A stretch of DNA of 64,000 bases, taken from NCBI GenBank assembly GCA_042568575.1, contig JBHPIO010000002.1, positions 32,001-96,000 on the forward strand, given 5' to 3'. Shown here piece by piece: positions 1 to 9,665 of the stretch. The DNA comes from Patescibacteria group bacterium. Lineage in GTDB: Bacteria; Patescibacteriota; Gracilibacteria; UBA1369; PNNO01. Made by a program: the position numbers and the translations under genes. The notes under the pieces were generated by a model that saw only the letters and a program-made list of their open reading frames with translations, was not told the DNA's origin and ran no database searches. Positions within the stretch are counted from its first letter, which is position 1. The number at the start of each line of letters is the position of its first letter.

Positions 1-2
1 AT

Positions 3-2210
3 GATGATATTCTTAAAAAATACTATGTTCTTGTGAATAGAACTTCAAAAGTTCTTACTGCAAATGCACAGAAAATACTTGCTGCAGGTGGGGCTTTGGA
101 GCAATTTAGAAAAAACTATGATCTGAAAGCACCAATTGATTGGCAGAAATCTCCATTTCTTTCGGACGATACTTTGGAAGCTTTATTTCCAGGTAAAAAA
201 GCACATCAAATTAGAACGAATAGAGGCTTGACTGGGAACAAGCTTGTTCAAGCTTATACAGAAAGACTTGTTGAGCTACGATCGTTGCAAGATACAACAA
301 GAGCTTATTTCTCAGGAATGGCTAGAGATATAGAAAAACGTGTAGCTGAGCCTATTACAAGTAGATGGGGAGACAAAATGGAAAGACTTGGAAGAGCAGA
401 ATCAGACAGAGCAATACGTGAAGGTATTGAGGAAATCAAAACACAGACAAGTCCGTGGAAAAGGAAAGTGCGAATTGGTGGGAAACTTCTTCTTCCTGGA
501 ATATTGTTAGCTTTTGAAACAAACGCATTAATGACAGGAAAGGCTAAACCTTATGAATTCGTTTGGAATGGTGTTGAAATGGTTGGAGGATTTTGTCCTG
601 GTATTGGTACAGTTCTAGATGGGAAGGCGTGTATAACTGGAAGATCTCTTGCAGGAAGAAAGTTAAGTTGGAAGGAACGACTAGTGTCCGGAGTTTTTTG
701 TGTGGTTGGTGCTGTAGCCGACGCATTAACACTTGTGGGAGGAGTTGGACTTGGTCTTCGTGCCGGTGTCGGATTCCTTAAAGGTGGAAGAAAGGCAATG
801 CAAGCAGGAAAAACAATGAAAGCTATGCGTCAGGCTGGTATGGCAAGAAAATCTCAATCTTATCTTGCAAGAGCTGGTATGTGGATTGGTGGAAGGTTTA
901 ACAGGGCGGCTCGTTTGGAAGCTGCAACATCTTCTCGTATTACTGCTAATGCATACGATCAGGCTCGACTTATGAGTAAATACAAAATTGATGACCTTGC
1001 TCATGCAGAGAAAGAATTAGCTTCTACGAGAGGTTATTTGGATGCTGCAAAAAGGGCTGATCTGGATAAGCTAAGGACTCTAATGAAATCAAGTGAGAAA
1101 TACGGATATGATTACATGAATGCTTTACGTGGACCTCTTCAAGGAATTCTTAAGGCTCCTTCAAAAATTGGAGCGGTTGGAAGAACGTGGTTGCGTGTTA
1201 AATCTGCATTCCATAAAGTGAAAGAGACTTTAATGGCATTGAAGATAGATCCAAAAATTATTAATCAGTATGAAAAAACATTTGATAAAATTAGAGCTCT
1301 TGAATCTAGGCGGGCGCAGGCTGTGGAAGAACTTGCTGGTCTTGCTAACAAAGGAAGATACTTTGATAAAGGAGAATCTGTAGCAAGAGCTGGAGCTGTC
1401 TCAACAAAAGTTGAAAAACTGGAAGATCTTAAAATTCAGCAAAAAACTTTGGCAAGATCAAGAAAAGCATCTTTAAAAGTAGGAGATGCAACTAGGAAAA
1501 AATATAAAGCTGTTCCAGAAGTTCAGGACTTGTTGGATAAGGCCAAAGAAGGTGGAAAGATAACAAGAACTGAAATAGCTCAGGCAGTAAAACAAGCACG
1601 CAAACACAGAAAATATAAAAGTCTTACAGTTAAGGAACTTACCGATGCTGTTGATCATTATAAGGGTGCTAGCGCGTCTTTAGGTAAACTGAAGAAACTT
1701 AAACAGCAAAGAAAAACTGGTTTTGGTGAGGCTGTTCAAGCAGAAGGAAATACAAGGCAGATTATGAAGAAGCAAAAAGAAGTTGGAGATATCAACAGAC
1801 AAATTGCTACTTTGCACAATGAACGCTTTATCATGCAGACAGAGATGATGTATAAAGCTGAGCGTGCAATGGATGTTGCCAATCAATGGAGGCAGGCTGT
1901 TCGTTTTCTTCAATATGGTCTTGTTGCCGGTGGTATTGCATTCCTTACAAGCATGGCTCCAGATAAAGCAGTTCAAACTGGTACTAAAGTTATTAAAAAA
2001 ACAGGTAAGACTGTTTACAAGGTTGGTAAGAAAGTATTCTGGGATGAACATGGTGGAAAACCTCCAATGGACAAAATGATCGAAGACAGATTAAAGAAAG
2101 GAAAAAGATCGCTTAAAATAAAGAAACTGAAAAAGAAGGTACTTGGGAAGAAAAAGGCAAGTCCAGATGCACTTAAGGATGACACAGGAGGTCAAGCAAA
2201 ACACGATTAA
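3..2210 (+). CDS. large basic protein with a pre-toxin TG (PT-TG)-like segment, 5'-truncated by the window
   Basis: Frame is open from position 3. The segment GFCPGIGTVLDGKACITGRSLAGRKLSWKERLVSG resembles PT-TG domains and is followed by a Gly-rich hydrophobic stretch and a Lys-rich helical region. Confidence 0.6.
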   Translation, partial: DDILKKYYVLVNRTSKVLTANAQKILAAGGALEQFRKNYDLKAPIDWQKSPFLSDDTLEALFPGKKAHQIRTNRGLTGNKLVQAYTERLVELRSLQDTTRAYFSGMARDIEKRVAEPITSRWGDKMERLGRAESDRAIREGIEEIKTQTSPWKRKVRIGGKLLLPGILLAFETNALMTGKAKPYEFVWNGVEMVGGFCPGIGTVLDGKACITGRSLAGRKLSWKERLVSGVFCVVGAVADALTLVGGVGLGLRAGVGFLKGGRKAMQAGKTMKAMRQAGMARKSQSYLARAGMWIGGRFNRAARLEAATSSRITANAYDQARLMSKYKIDDLAHAEKELASTRGYLDAAKRADLDKLRTLMKSSEKYGYDYMNALRGPLQGILKAPSKIGAVGRTWLRVKSAFHKVKETLMALKIDPKIINQYEKTFDKIRALESRRAQAVEELAGLANKGRYFDKGESVARAGAVSTKVEKLEDLKIQQKTLARSRKASLKVGDATRKKYKAVPEVQDLLDKAKEGGKITRTEIAQAVKQARKHRKYKSLTVKELTDAVDHYKGASASLGKLKKLKQQRKTGFGEAVQAEGNTRQIMKKQKEVGDINRQIATLHNERFIMQTEMMYKAERAMDVANQWRQAVRFLQYGLVAGGIAFLTSMAPDKAVQTGTKVIKKTGKTVYKVGKKVFWDEHGGKPPMDKMIEDRLKKGKRSLKIKKLKKKVLGKKKASPDALKDDTGGQAKHD

Positions 2211-2236
2211 TCTTTATATAATTAATACACATAACT

Positions 2237-2449
2237 ATGTTTACAAAAATTTTCTTTCTCGTTCTTGTTCGCATCTTTGAATTAATAGTACTTGTTGTTA
2301 CAAGTCTATGGATGTGGAATAACTTCCCAGAAGGTATCAAGCTATGGACTATACTTGGTTTCATCTTTGCATACTTTGTATATCTGGCAGTTACTTTCTC
2401 GAACGACTATAGAGAGATTAGATATGGTGAAGGTGAGCCAATGATGTAG
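2237..2449 (+). CDS. small 2-TM membrane protein (70 aa)
   Basis: ORF track; two hydrophobic segments; directly downstream of the large ORF. Confidence 0.6.
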   Translation: MFTKIFFLVLVRIFELIVLVVTSLWMWNNFPEGIKLWTILGFIFAYFVYLAVTFSNDYREIRYGEGEPMM

Positions 2450-2488
2450 CAACCCTCTCGCTTAAATCGATTTTTAATTGCGAACTTT

Positions 2489-2524
2489 AAGTCCATCCCG
2501 TAAACTTACGGATGGACTTTTTTT
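2489..2524 (+). terminator. intrinsic terminator overlapping the ndk promoter
   Basis: Stem AAGTCCATCC...GGATGGACTT followed by a T-run; TTGCGA(2478)-17-TAAACT(2501) lies within it. Confidence 0.6.
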
Positions 2525-2547
2525 ATATCAATAACTACTAACATATT

Positions 2548-3027
2548 ATGAACTTTGATGGAGTTAACGAGAAAACACTCGTACTTGTGAAACCGGACGC
2601 GATTCAACGCGGTCTTATTGGTCAAATTATTGGGCGTTTCGAGAGAAAAGGCCTTAAAATGGTTGGTATCAAAATGATGAGTCTTAATGATGAACTTCTA
2701 ACAGAGCATTATTCACACCTTGCGGATAAACCTTTCTTCCCAAGTTTAGCGAACTTTATGAAAAGCTCACCGGTTGTAGCTATGTGCTACGAAGGTCTTG
2801 AGGTTGTTCAGGCGGTTCGTCTTCTATGTGGAATTACGAAATCACGAGAAGCTGAAGCAGGGTCAATTCGTGGAGATCTAGCGATGAGTGTTTCATGTAA
2901 TGTAGTTCATGCGTCGGATTCTGTTGATAACGCTAAAAAAGAAGTTGAAAGATTTTTCAAATCAGAGGAGCTTCATGAGTATCAGAAGTCTGATTATGAA
3001 CACGTTTATGCTGAAGATGAAAAATAA
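2548..3027 (+). CDS. ndk: nucleoside diphosphate kinase
   Basis: EKTLVLVKPDA, GSIRGD and NVVHASDS motifs. Confidence 0.97.
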   Translation: MNFDGVNEKTLVLVKPDAIQRGLIGQIIGRFERKGLKMVGIKMMSLNDELLTEHYSHLADKPFFPSLANFMKSSPVVAMCYEGLEVVQAVRLLCGITKSREAEAGSIRGDLAMSVSCNVVHASDSVDNAKKEVERFFKSEELHEYQKSDYEHVYAEDEK

Positions 3028-3030
3028 TAT

Positions 3031-3834
3031 ATGTTCGTTTACTTAAACGGAAAAATCGTCTCAAAAAAAGACGCAAACATTTCGGTTTGCGATAATGGTT
3101 TCCTATACGGTGATGCGATTTTCGAAACAATGCGCACAGTTAATGGAAAGTTGTGGTTGTTGAATGAACATCTAAAACGATTAAGGCAGTCGGCGCGTAT
3201 TCTCGGCATTCGTGTGCCTTTGACGAATGCGCAGCTTACTAATCTAATAAGTCGTCTTCAGAAAAAGAATGGCCATAAAGAATCGAGGATTAGGATTACT
3301 ATTTCTCGTGGTTGCAATGGATTTGATTTCACAACATGTAAAAAGCCAACATTCCTAATAGAAGTAAACAAATTAAAGCTCCCTCCGCGTAAAATTTATA
3401 TCGAAGGCGTTTCGGCGATTACCTATAAAATCGAAAGACCGATTCCTGAGTTTAAATCAAACAGCATGCTTCCTTCGATTATGGCGATAAGAGAAGCGAA
3501 AAAGAAAAAGGCGTTTGAAGCTTTTATGATCGATCGTAATGGAAATGTGACAGAAGGCAGCACAAGCAACGTCTTTATCGTGAAAAAAGGAAAAATAATC
3601 ACACCGAAAGATGGGATTCTTAAAGGAACGGTTCGAAACTTCATCATGAAAAAAACGGCAACAAAAGAGGTGAACATTTCATTAAAAAAACTCCACGGAG
3701 CAGATGAAGTTTTCTTAACAAGTTCGATAAAAAGCGCTGTACCGGTAGTGAAAATAGACGGGAAGAAAATCGGAACCGGCAAAGTCGGACCGGTAACAAA
3801 AAGTATCATTAACTTACTTAAAGAATGCAGATAG
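3031..3834 (+). CDS. class IV PLP enzyme (aminodeoxychorismate lyase / branched-chain aminotransferase family)
   Basis: GFLYGDAIFETMR, HLKRL, EGSTSNVF and ILKGTVR motifs; adjacency to folP suggests a PabC role. Confidence 0.85.
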   Translation: MFVYLNGKIVSKKDANISVCDNGFLYGDAIFETMRTVNGKLWLLNEHLKRLRQSARILGIRVPLTNAQLTNLISRLQKKNGHKESRIRITISRGCNGFDFTTCKKPTFLIEVNKLKLPPRKIYIEGVSAITYKIERPIPEFKSNSMLPSIMAIREAKKKKAFEAFMIDRNGNVTEGSTSNVFIVKKGKIITPKDGILKGTVRNFIMKKTATKEVNISLKKLHGADEVFLTSSIKSAVPVVKIDGKKIGTGKVGPVTKSIINLLKECR

Positions 3835-4637
3835 ATAAGCCACTCGTAATGGGGATTCTCAACGTAACGCCAGATTCGTTTTCGGATGGTGGAAAGTTTA
3901 ATTTGGAAGATCAGGCGGTTAAGCGTTTTGAGGAAATGATTGAAGAAGGTGCGGATATTATCGATATCGGGGGTGAGTCGACCGGCCCTGGTTCGCAGGA
4001 TGTCTCGCTTAAAGAGGAGCTTGAGCGCGTGATTCCGATTCTTCAAAGAGTGCGCAAGATTTCGGATGTATGGATTTCTGTTGATACTTATAAAGCCAAG
4101 GTTGCAAAGCAGGCGCTTGATGCGGGTGCAAACATGATCAATGACGTACTTGCCTTTCGTGGCGATGCAAGAATGCTTGATGTCGTTAAAGAAAGTGATG
4201 TGCCTATTGTTTTAATGTACTCAAAGGATCCAACGGGGCGCACGACTGGTAAAGAAAAAAATTATGAAGACGTCGTTGAGCATATAAAGATTTTTCTGGA
4301 GGAACGAATTAAACTAGCGGAACAAAATGGAATAAAAAAAGAACGAATCATTGTTGATCCAGGACAGGGAGCGTTTGTAAGTAGCGATCCAAAATATAGC
4401 CTTCAAATTCTCGACCGCCTACAGGAGTTTAAAACCCTGGGCGTTCCAATCTTAATAGGATCTTCACGCAAATCTGTGGTTGGCCAAACACTAAATCTTC
4501 CGTTGCATCAACGTTTAGAAGGTTCGCTTGCTTGCGCTGCAGTAGCAGTAATGAATGGGGCATCAATAATCCGCGCGCATGACGTTAAAGAAACGCGGCG
4601 GTTAATTGATATGGTTGATGCTATTGGGAAGAGTTAA
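3825..4637 (+). CDS. folP: dihydropteroate synthase
   Basis: MGILNVTPDSFSDGG, DIGGESTGPG, SRKS and IIRAHDV motifs. Confidence 0.96.
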   Translation: MQIDKPLVMGILNVTPDSFSDGGKFNLEDQAVKRFEEMIEEGADIIDIGGESTGPGSQDVSLKEELERVIPILQRVRKISDVWISVDTYKAKVAKQALDAGANMINDVLAFRGDARMLDVVKESDVPIVLMYSKDPTGRTTGKEKNYEDVVEHIKIFLEERIKLAEQNGIKKERIIVDPGQGAFVSSDPKYSLQILDRLQEFKTLGVPILIGSSRKSVVGQTLNLPLHQRLEGSLACAAVAVMNGASIIRAHDVKETRRLIDMVDAIGKS

Positions 4638-4921
4638 GTATTTCGCCCTTCTTGTCGAGCAATTAATATATCTTCTGGACTTGGAAAAAGGCCTTGTTCT
4701 TCCATTCTTTCGAATAGGCTTGTGGGAACTCCTTGTTCTACTGCTAAGGATTTTTGAATAAGCTATATTCGTCTCTTGAGTCAAATTCTTCAGCCATATT
4801 TAGGTTTATTATTAATACAAGAGTATATTCTAACGAATTACTTGCTTTTGTCAACCCCTATTGTTAGAATGGCTTCTTCTGGATAAGTTTGATAAAATCA
4901 ACGTGCCTTAATTGCTTTAAA

Positions 4922-5269
4922 ATGCTTGTTACCAAAAAATTCAAATTCGATGCTGCTCACTTTCTCACTAACTATCATGGGAAGTGTGAAAAACTGCATG
5001 GCCATACGTATAAACTGCAGGTTACTGTTGAAGGTGATGTGAAAGAAGACGGCATGGTTATGGATTTTGTTGAACTTAAAAAGATCGTGAATGAGCGTGT
5101 TATCAGCAAGCTTGATCATAGTTCGCTTAACGATACTATTGAGAATCCTTCGGCGGAAAATATTGCTATTTGGATTTGGAATCGACTTAAAGATATTTCT
5201 GAGGCGAAACTGTATGAAGTGAAGGTTTGGGAAACTGCTACGTCTTTTGTTACTTATCGTGGAGAATAA
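4922..5269 (+). CDS. queD: 6-pyruvoyltetrahydropterin synthase / QueD family, CExxHGH type
   Basis: FDAAHFL, CEKLHGHTY, LDHSSLN and PSAENIA motifs; ATG at 4922 preferred to the TTG at 4889. Confidence 0.88.
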   Translation: MLVTKKFKFDAAHFLTNYHGKCEKLHGHTYKLQVTVEGDVKEDGMVMDFVELKKIVNERVISKLDHSSLNDTIENPSAENIAIWIWNRLKDISEAKLYEVKVWETATSFVTYRGE

Positions 5270-5815
5270 ATGAAGGAAATCGAACGCAAAATTTTTGATA
5301 TCAATCCGCAGGAAGTTGCTCAGAAACTTCTTGATCTTGGCGCGGAAAAAACTTTCTCTGGTCTTGTGAAAGTTCGTTATTTTGATACCGTTGATTCTAA
5401 AATCAGAAATCAGGGTGATCTTCTTCGTGTCCGCCAGTTTGAAGGTGCTCATGTGGAAGTCGTTTATAAGACCAATAAGCAAATCGAAGACGGATGCAAA
5501 ATTTATGATGAATACACTCTTAAAGGCGAGTCATTCGAGGACGCTACAAAGCTTTTTGAAAATCTTGGTTTTGCAGTTTGTTGTACATATGAAAAAACTC
5601 GAACCATTTTCAAACTAGAAAATGCAGAAGTTGTGATTGATGAGTATCCTAAAATGGATCCGTTTGTTGAAGTTGAAGCAGGTGATGCGAAAACGATCGA
5701 TGAAATCGTTAGTCGGCTTGGTTTAACAGAGAACGAAAGTTCATGTGAGACGATTAACGAACTTATTAAACGGAAATATCCTGATTTAGATCTTAATAAT
5801 CTGACGTTTGAGTAA
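5270..5815 (+). CDS. CYTH domain protein (class IV adenylate cyclase / triphosphate tunnel fold)
   Basis: N-terminal ExExK (EIERK), LLRVR, YEKTR and FVEVE. Confidence 0.85.
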   Translation: MKEIERKIFDINPQEVAQKLLDLGAEKTFSGLVKVRYFDTVDSKIRNQGDLLRVRQFEGAHVEVVYKTNKQIEDGCKIYDEYTLKGESFEDATKLFENLGFAVCCTYEKTRTIFKLENAEVVIDEYPKMDPFVEVEAGDAKTIDEIVSRLGLTENESSCETINELIKRKYPDLDLNNLTFE

Positions 5816-6296
5816 AACAGCATATCTGTCGCTTGGATCGAATATTGGAAGACGGTCGTCTAATCTAAAAAAAGCCCTTAAGCTCATTGAGGAGTGTGGA
5901 ATCGTCGTATCAAAAAAATCGAAATTTTACGAAACCGTGGCCGTATCGAAAATTAAACAAAGGAATTTTGTGAACATGTGTGTGGAAATCAAAACAACTG
6001 TCTCTCCGCAGAAACTCCTCCAAATTTGCCAAATGATCGAACGTGAAATGGGCCGAGACAGGAAGTCACCAAAAAAGGAAGGCTATGAAAAACCGCGAAT
6101 TATAGACATCGACATCATTATTTACGAAAAAGAAAAAATCAATCAGCGAAATTTGAAAGTTCCACATCCGAAAATGCACGAGAGACGTTTTGTTTTAGAG
6201 CCTTTAAATGAGATTGCACCGCACTTAGTGCATCCCGTGCAACAGAAAACAATCAAGCAACTATTGAATGCACTGCAAAGTACCAGTATATTCTAG
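5808..6296 (+). CDS. folK: 6-hydroxymethyl-7,8-dihydropterin pyrophosphokinase
   Basis: AYLSLGSNIG, PRIIDIDII and VPHPKMHERRFVLEPL motifs. Confidence 0.96.
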   Translation: MSKTAYLSLGSNIGRRSSNLKKALKLIEECGIVVSKKSKFYETVAVSKIKQRNFVNMCVEIKTTVSPQKLLQICQMIEREMGRDRKSPKKEGYEKPRIIDIDIIIYEKEKINQRNLKVPHPKMHERRFVLEPLNEIAPHLVHPVQQKTIKQLLNALQSTSIF

Positions 6297-6298
6297 CC

Positions 6299-7144
6299 AT
6301 GAGAGATCCACAGAAACTTCACAACAAGGCGACACAGCTTCGCATAGACTGCTTGAAATGCATACATAAAGCGGCTTCTGGCCATACAGGAGGCAGCCTT
6401 TCTGCAATGGATATTTTGACTGCGCTTTATTACGGAGAGATTCATGGTAAGCCAATTATGAAATACGATCCGCATAAACCAGGATGGGAAGGTCAGGATT
6501 ATTTTATTATGTCGAAAGGACATGCTGCTCCTGCGCTTTACACAGTCCTTGCTGATCTTGGATTTTTTGATAAAAGCGAGTTGGATTATTTACGGCAGGT
6601 TAACGCTATGCTTCAGGGTCATCCTATTTTAAAAATTCCGGGAGTAACGATGACGACAGGTTCACTTGGACAGGGTTTTGCTGCTGCTCACGGTCTTGCG
6701 CTTGCTCTTAAAATGGATCGCGCGAAGAATCGGGTGTTTACCTTGCTTGGAGACGGAGAGCTTCAGGAGGGGATTGTATGGGAGACAGCGATGTCGGCTG
6801 CGCACTTTAAGTCAGACAATTTAATTGCATTTGTTGATAATAACGAACTTCAGATTGATGGTTTTACGAGAAGCATTATGAACGTTGAACCGATCACGGA
6901 TAAATTTGAGAGTTTTGGATGGAAGGTTATTCCTGTTAAAAACGGGCATGATTTTGAAGAGATTCTTGATGCGATTGATCGCGCACTTATAACTACCCGC
7001 AAACCTACTGCTATTGTTTGTAGCACTATTAAAGGAAAGGGTGTCACTTTTGCTGAAAGGAACGGAAGTTATCATGGTGTTGCTTTGAGTAAGGAAGAGA
7101 TGGAGGAAGCAATCCCGGCACTAGAAAGGCAAATTAAAGAATAA
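6299..7144 (+). CDS. transketolase N-terminal (TPP-binding) subunit
   Basis: SGHTGGSLS, SKGHAAP, TGSLGQG and GDGELQEG motifs. Confidence 0.95.
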   Translation: MRDPQKLHNKATQLRIDCLKCIHKAASGHTGGSLSAMDILTALYYGEIHGKPIMKYDPHKPGWEGQDYFIMSKGHAAPALYTVLADLGFFDKSELDYLRQVNAMLQGHPILKIPGVTMTTGSLGQGFAAAHGLALALKMDRAKNRVFTLLGDGELQEGIVWETAMSAAHFKSDNLIAFVDNNELQIDGFTRSIMNVEPITDKFESFGWKVIPVKNGHDFEEILDAIDRALITTRKPTAIVCSTIKGKGVTFAERNGSYHGVALSKEEMEEAIPALERQIKE

Positions 7145-7153
7145 GCCAATCTT

Positions 7154-7633
7154 ATGAAAGAATTTTTTACATTCATTTTCAGTTTCTGGTTGATGTCTCC
7201 GTTTACTATTTCCGGAGAGTCTATGGAGCCGATGCTTTCACACGATGATGTTATTATGATTGAAAATTACGCATACGTTGATGAAAGCCCTGAGCGTTAC
7301 GATGTGATTGTTTTTGAAGGAACTGACGAACCTGGCAAACATTTTGTGAAAAGAATTATTGGTTTGCCTGGTGAAACTATCACTATGAAGGAGGATGTTG
7401 TTTATATTGAAGAGGATGGAGAGCTCATCGAGCTTGACGAACCTTATATATGGCGCAATAAAAATGAAGTTTATTCATTACGGAAAATTGATGGCACATC
7501 TTATCAGGTTCCGGGTGGAAAATACTTTGTTTTAGGCGATAACAGGGATTCCAGCTATGACTCCAGGACGTGGAAAGACCCGTTTATTCCAAAAGAAAAT
7601 ATTGAAGGAAAGTACAGTTATACGCTATTCTAA
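7154..7633 (+). CDS. lepB: signal peptidase I
   Basis: SGESMEPML, FVKRIIGLPGE and YFVLGDNRDSSYDSR motifs. Confidence 0.93.
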   Translation: MKEFFTFIFSFWLMSPFTISGESMEPMLSHDDVIMIENYAYVDESPERYDVIVFEGTDEPGKHFVKRIIGLPGETITMKEDVVYIEEDGELIELDEPYIWRNKNEVYSLRKIDGTSYQVPGGKYFVLGDNRDSSYDSRTWKDPFIPKENIEGKYSYTLF

Positions 7634-7659
7634 TCTCCTAACTTTTTAACGATTAATAT

Positions 7660-8118
7660 ATGAAACTTACAAATACGCTTCTTATCGGGGTACTTTTGAT
7701 TGCGATGTTTGCTTTAACAGGTTGTTTTAGCTTTAATGATGGCACAAAAGAGCTGGTCCTAAATACGTCTGATGGCGTTCACACTTACACAGTTGAGATC
7801 GCTGATTCTACAGAAGAACGCAAACAAGGATTACAGGAAAGAGAAAAACTGGAAGAGAATACTGGTATGTTTTTTGTATACGAAGAGCCAAATCCAAAAA
7901 TGGCTTTCTGGATGCCTAATATGAAGATTTCTCTTGATATGATTTTCTTCGACAAAGACATGAAGGTTGTGGATTATTTTCAGGAAGTTCCTCCATGCGA
8001 ATCTGAATCATGTGCTCATTACACTCCGAAAGTTGTTTCTCAATATGTTCTTGAAGTAAATGCAGGAACTGTTGATGAAATCGGATTGGATATTGGTGAT
8101 GTTGGGGAGCTTAAGTAG
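7660..8118 (+). CDS. DUF192 family lipoprotein
   Basis: Lipobox LTGC; VEIADS...GL, GMFFVY, FWMPNM..SLDMIF and YVLEVNAG. Confidence 0.85.
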   Translation: MKLTNTLLIGVLLIAMFALTGCFSFNDGTKELVLNTSDGVHTYTVEIADSTEERKQGLQEREKLEENTGMFFVYEEPNPKMAFWMPNMKISLDMIFFDKDMKVVDYFQEVPPCESESCAHYTPKVVSQYVLEVNAGTVDEIGLDIGDVGELK

Positions 8119-8161
8119 AGGGTATCTTGCCTCTAGCCGAAAATAATGATAATAGTGAGTT

Positions 8162-9121
8162 ATGCATTTTGATACGAATGAAAAGATAGCGACCAGGGTT
8201 GCGTTTGGTGAAGCGATTGCCAAGTTTGGTGGTCGTCATAAAAACGTTGCAGTTTTAGATGCCGATCTTGCTGGATCTCTTAAGACTGGGAAATTTTCGA
8301 ATCTTTATCCGGATCGTCATTTTAATTTTGGAATCGCAGAAGCAAATATGGTGAATGCTGCTGCGGGTATGGCGCTGCGTGGAAAAGTTCCTTTTGCATG
8401 TTCGTTTGCGGTGTTTGTAACAGGACGTCCGTGGGAACATATTCGAAACAGCATTTGTTATCCAAATTTGAATGTGAAAATTGTTGGATCGCACGCGGGA
8501 GTTTTGACAGGTGAAGATGGTGCGACACATCAGGCGCTGGAAGATATAGCTATAATGAGAGCGATTCCAAATATGAAGGTTATTTGTCCTGCTGATGCGG
8601 TTGAAACATATCTGGCGATTGAAGAGATTATTAAAGATTTTGGGCCGACTTATATTAGACTCGGGCGTGCTGGCGTTCCAGTTATTTACGGAAAGGATCA
8701 TAAATTTAGAATTGGCTTTGGAGATATGCTGACTTTTGGTGAAGATATTGCGTTGATTGCTACTGGCACGATGGTTTCTATGTGTCTTGAAGCAGCAAAA
8801 ATGCTTGAACAACAGGATGGAATCCGAGTTATGGTGGTGAACATTTCAACAATCAAACCAATCGACGAAAAACTTGTAATAGATGCGGCAAGTAAAACCA
8901 AAATGGTTGTAACTGCGGAGGATCATAATATTACTGGAGGTCTTGGAAGTGCTGTTATGGAAGTCCTTTCAGAGCATCATCCAAAGAAAGTTCACAGAAT
9001 CGGAATGGATCGATTTGGAGAATCTGGAAAACCTTCCGACTTATACAAAAAATTCGGCCTGGATGCACAGGGCGTATATGAAAATGTTCTAGCGCAATGG
9101 AAAAATCAAATGAAAGACTAG
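8162..9121 (+). CDS. transketolase C-terminal (pyrimidine-binding) subunit
   Basis: GIAEANMV, GEDGATHQALED, TIKPID and EDHNITGGLGSAV motifs. Confidence 0.95.
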   Translation: MHFDTNEKIATRVAFGEAIAKFGGRHKNVAVLDADLAGSLKTGKFSNLYPDRHFNFGIAEANMVNAAAGMALRGKVPFACSFAVFVTGRPWEHIRNSICYPNLNVKIVGSHAGVLTGEDGATHQALEDIAIMRAIPNMKVICPADAVETYLAIEEIIKDFGPTYIRLGRAGVPVIYGKDHKFRIGFGDMLTFGEDIALIATGTMVSMCLEAAKMLEQQDGIRVMVVNISTIKPIDEKLVIDAASKTKMVVTAEDHNITGGLGSAVMEVLSEHHPKKVHRIGMDRFGESGKPSDLYKKFGLDAQGVYENVLAQWKNQMKD

Positions 9122-9663
9122 TCTAGTTCTGCTGGATGTTTAATAATAATGCTTGGCTTTTTTTTGCCAATGGCGTCATTAACAACAACAGAAATTGTTT
9201 TCCTTACTTCGTTAACTTCCGGGTTGTTTGCGATTGGGAGGCTGTTTAAATCGTGGCATGGATCATATTTACATAGAAATTCTGCATACGAAACTCTTAT
9301 TTCTTTTCCACGATTCACAATACTTTTTAGTAGAACTCCTTCGCTATTGGCATCTTCTTTGGCAACGGCAAAAACTTCTCTCGAGCGTCTATCTTGAACC
9401 CATGGAATTCTTTGTATACGCTCAACAAAAGCCTTGTTTTTGGTTGGATCAAACAGTTTAAAGGCAAGATTTAATGCGGTAAAGTTATAAGGATTTATTT
9501 CTCCAGTTTCAACATCCTTTACGTCCACACCTTCATCATCAATACAAGTTATAACAAATAACCGCCCCTTCGTATCCTCCAAAATAGGAGTCTGCTTAGG
9601 AGTTTGCCACTGCAATGCTTCTATAACTGATGATCCCGAATTGTCAGAGCCTTCTTCAAACAT
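9118..9663 (-). CDS. hypothetical protein
   Basis: 181-aa ORF with a protein-like composition; follows 9666..10040 directly. Confidence 0.65.
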   Translation of the reverse strand: MFEEGSDNSGSSVIEALQWQTPKQTPILEDTKGRLFVITCIDDEGVDVKDVETGEINPYNFTALNLAFKLFDPTKNKAFVERIQRIPWVQDRRSREVFAVAKEDANSEGVLLKSIVNRGKEIRVSYAEFLCKYDPCHDLNSLPIANNPEVNEVRKTISVVVNDAIGKKKPSIIIKHPAELD

Positions 9664-9665
9664 AT

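Noticed and set aside
4634-4797. Possible frameshifted small minus-strand gene (MAEEFDSRDEYS / LIQKSLAVEQGVP...)
   Set aside because: It needs a frameshift with no slippery site or homology support; it could be a pseudogene or an assembly error.
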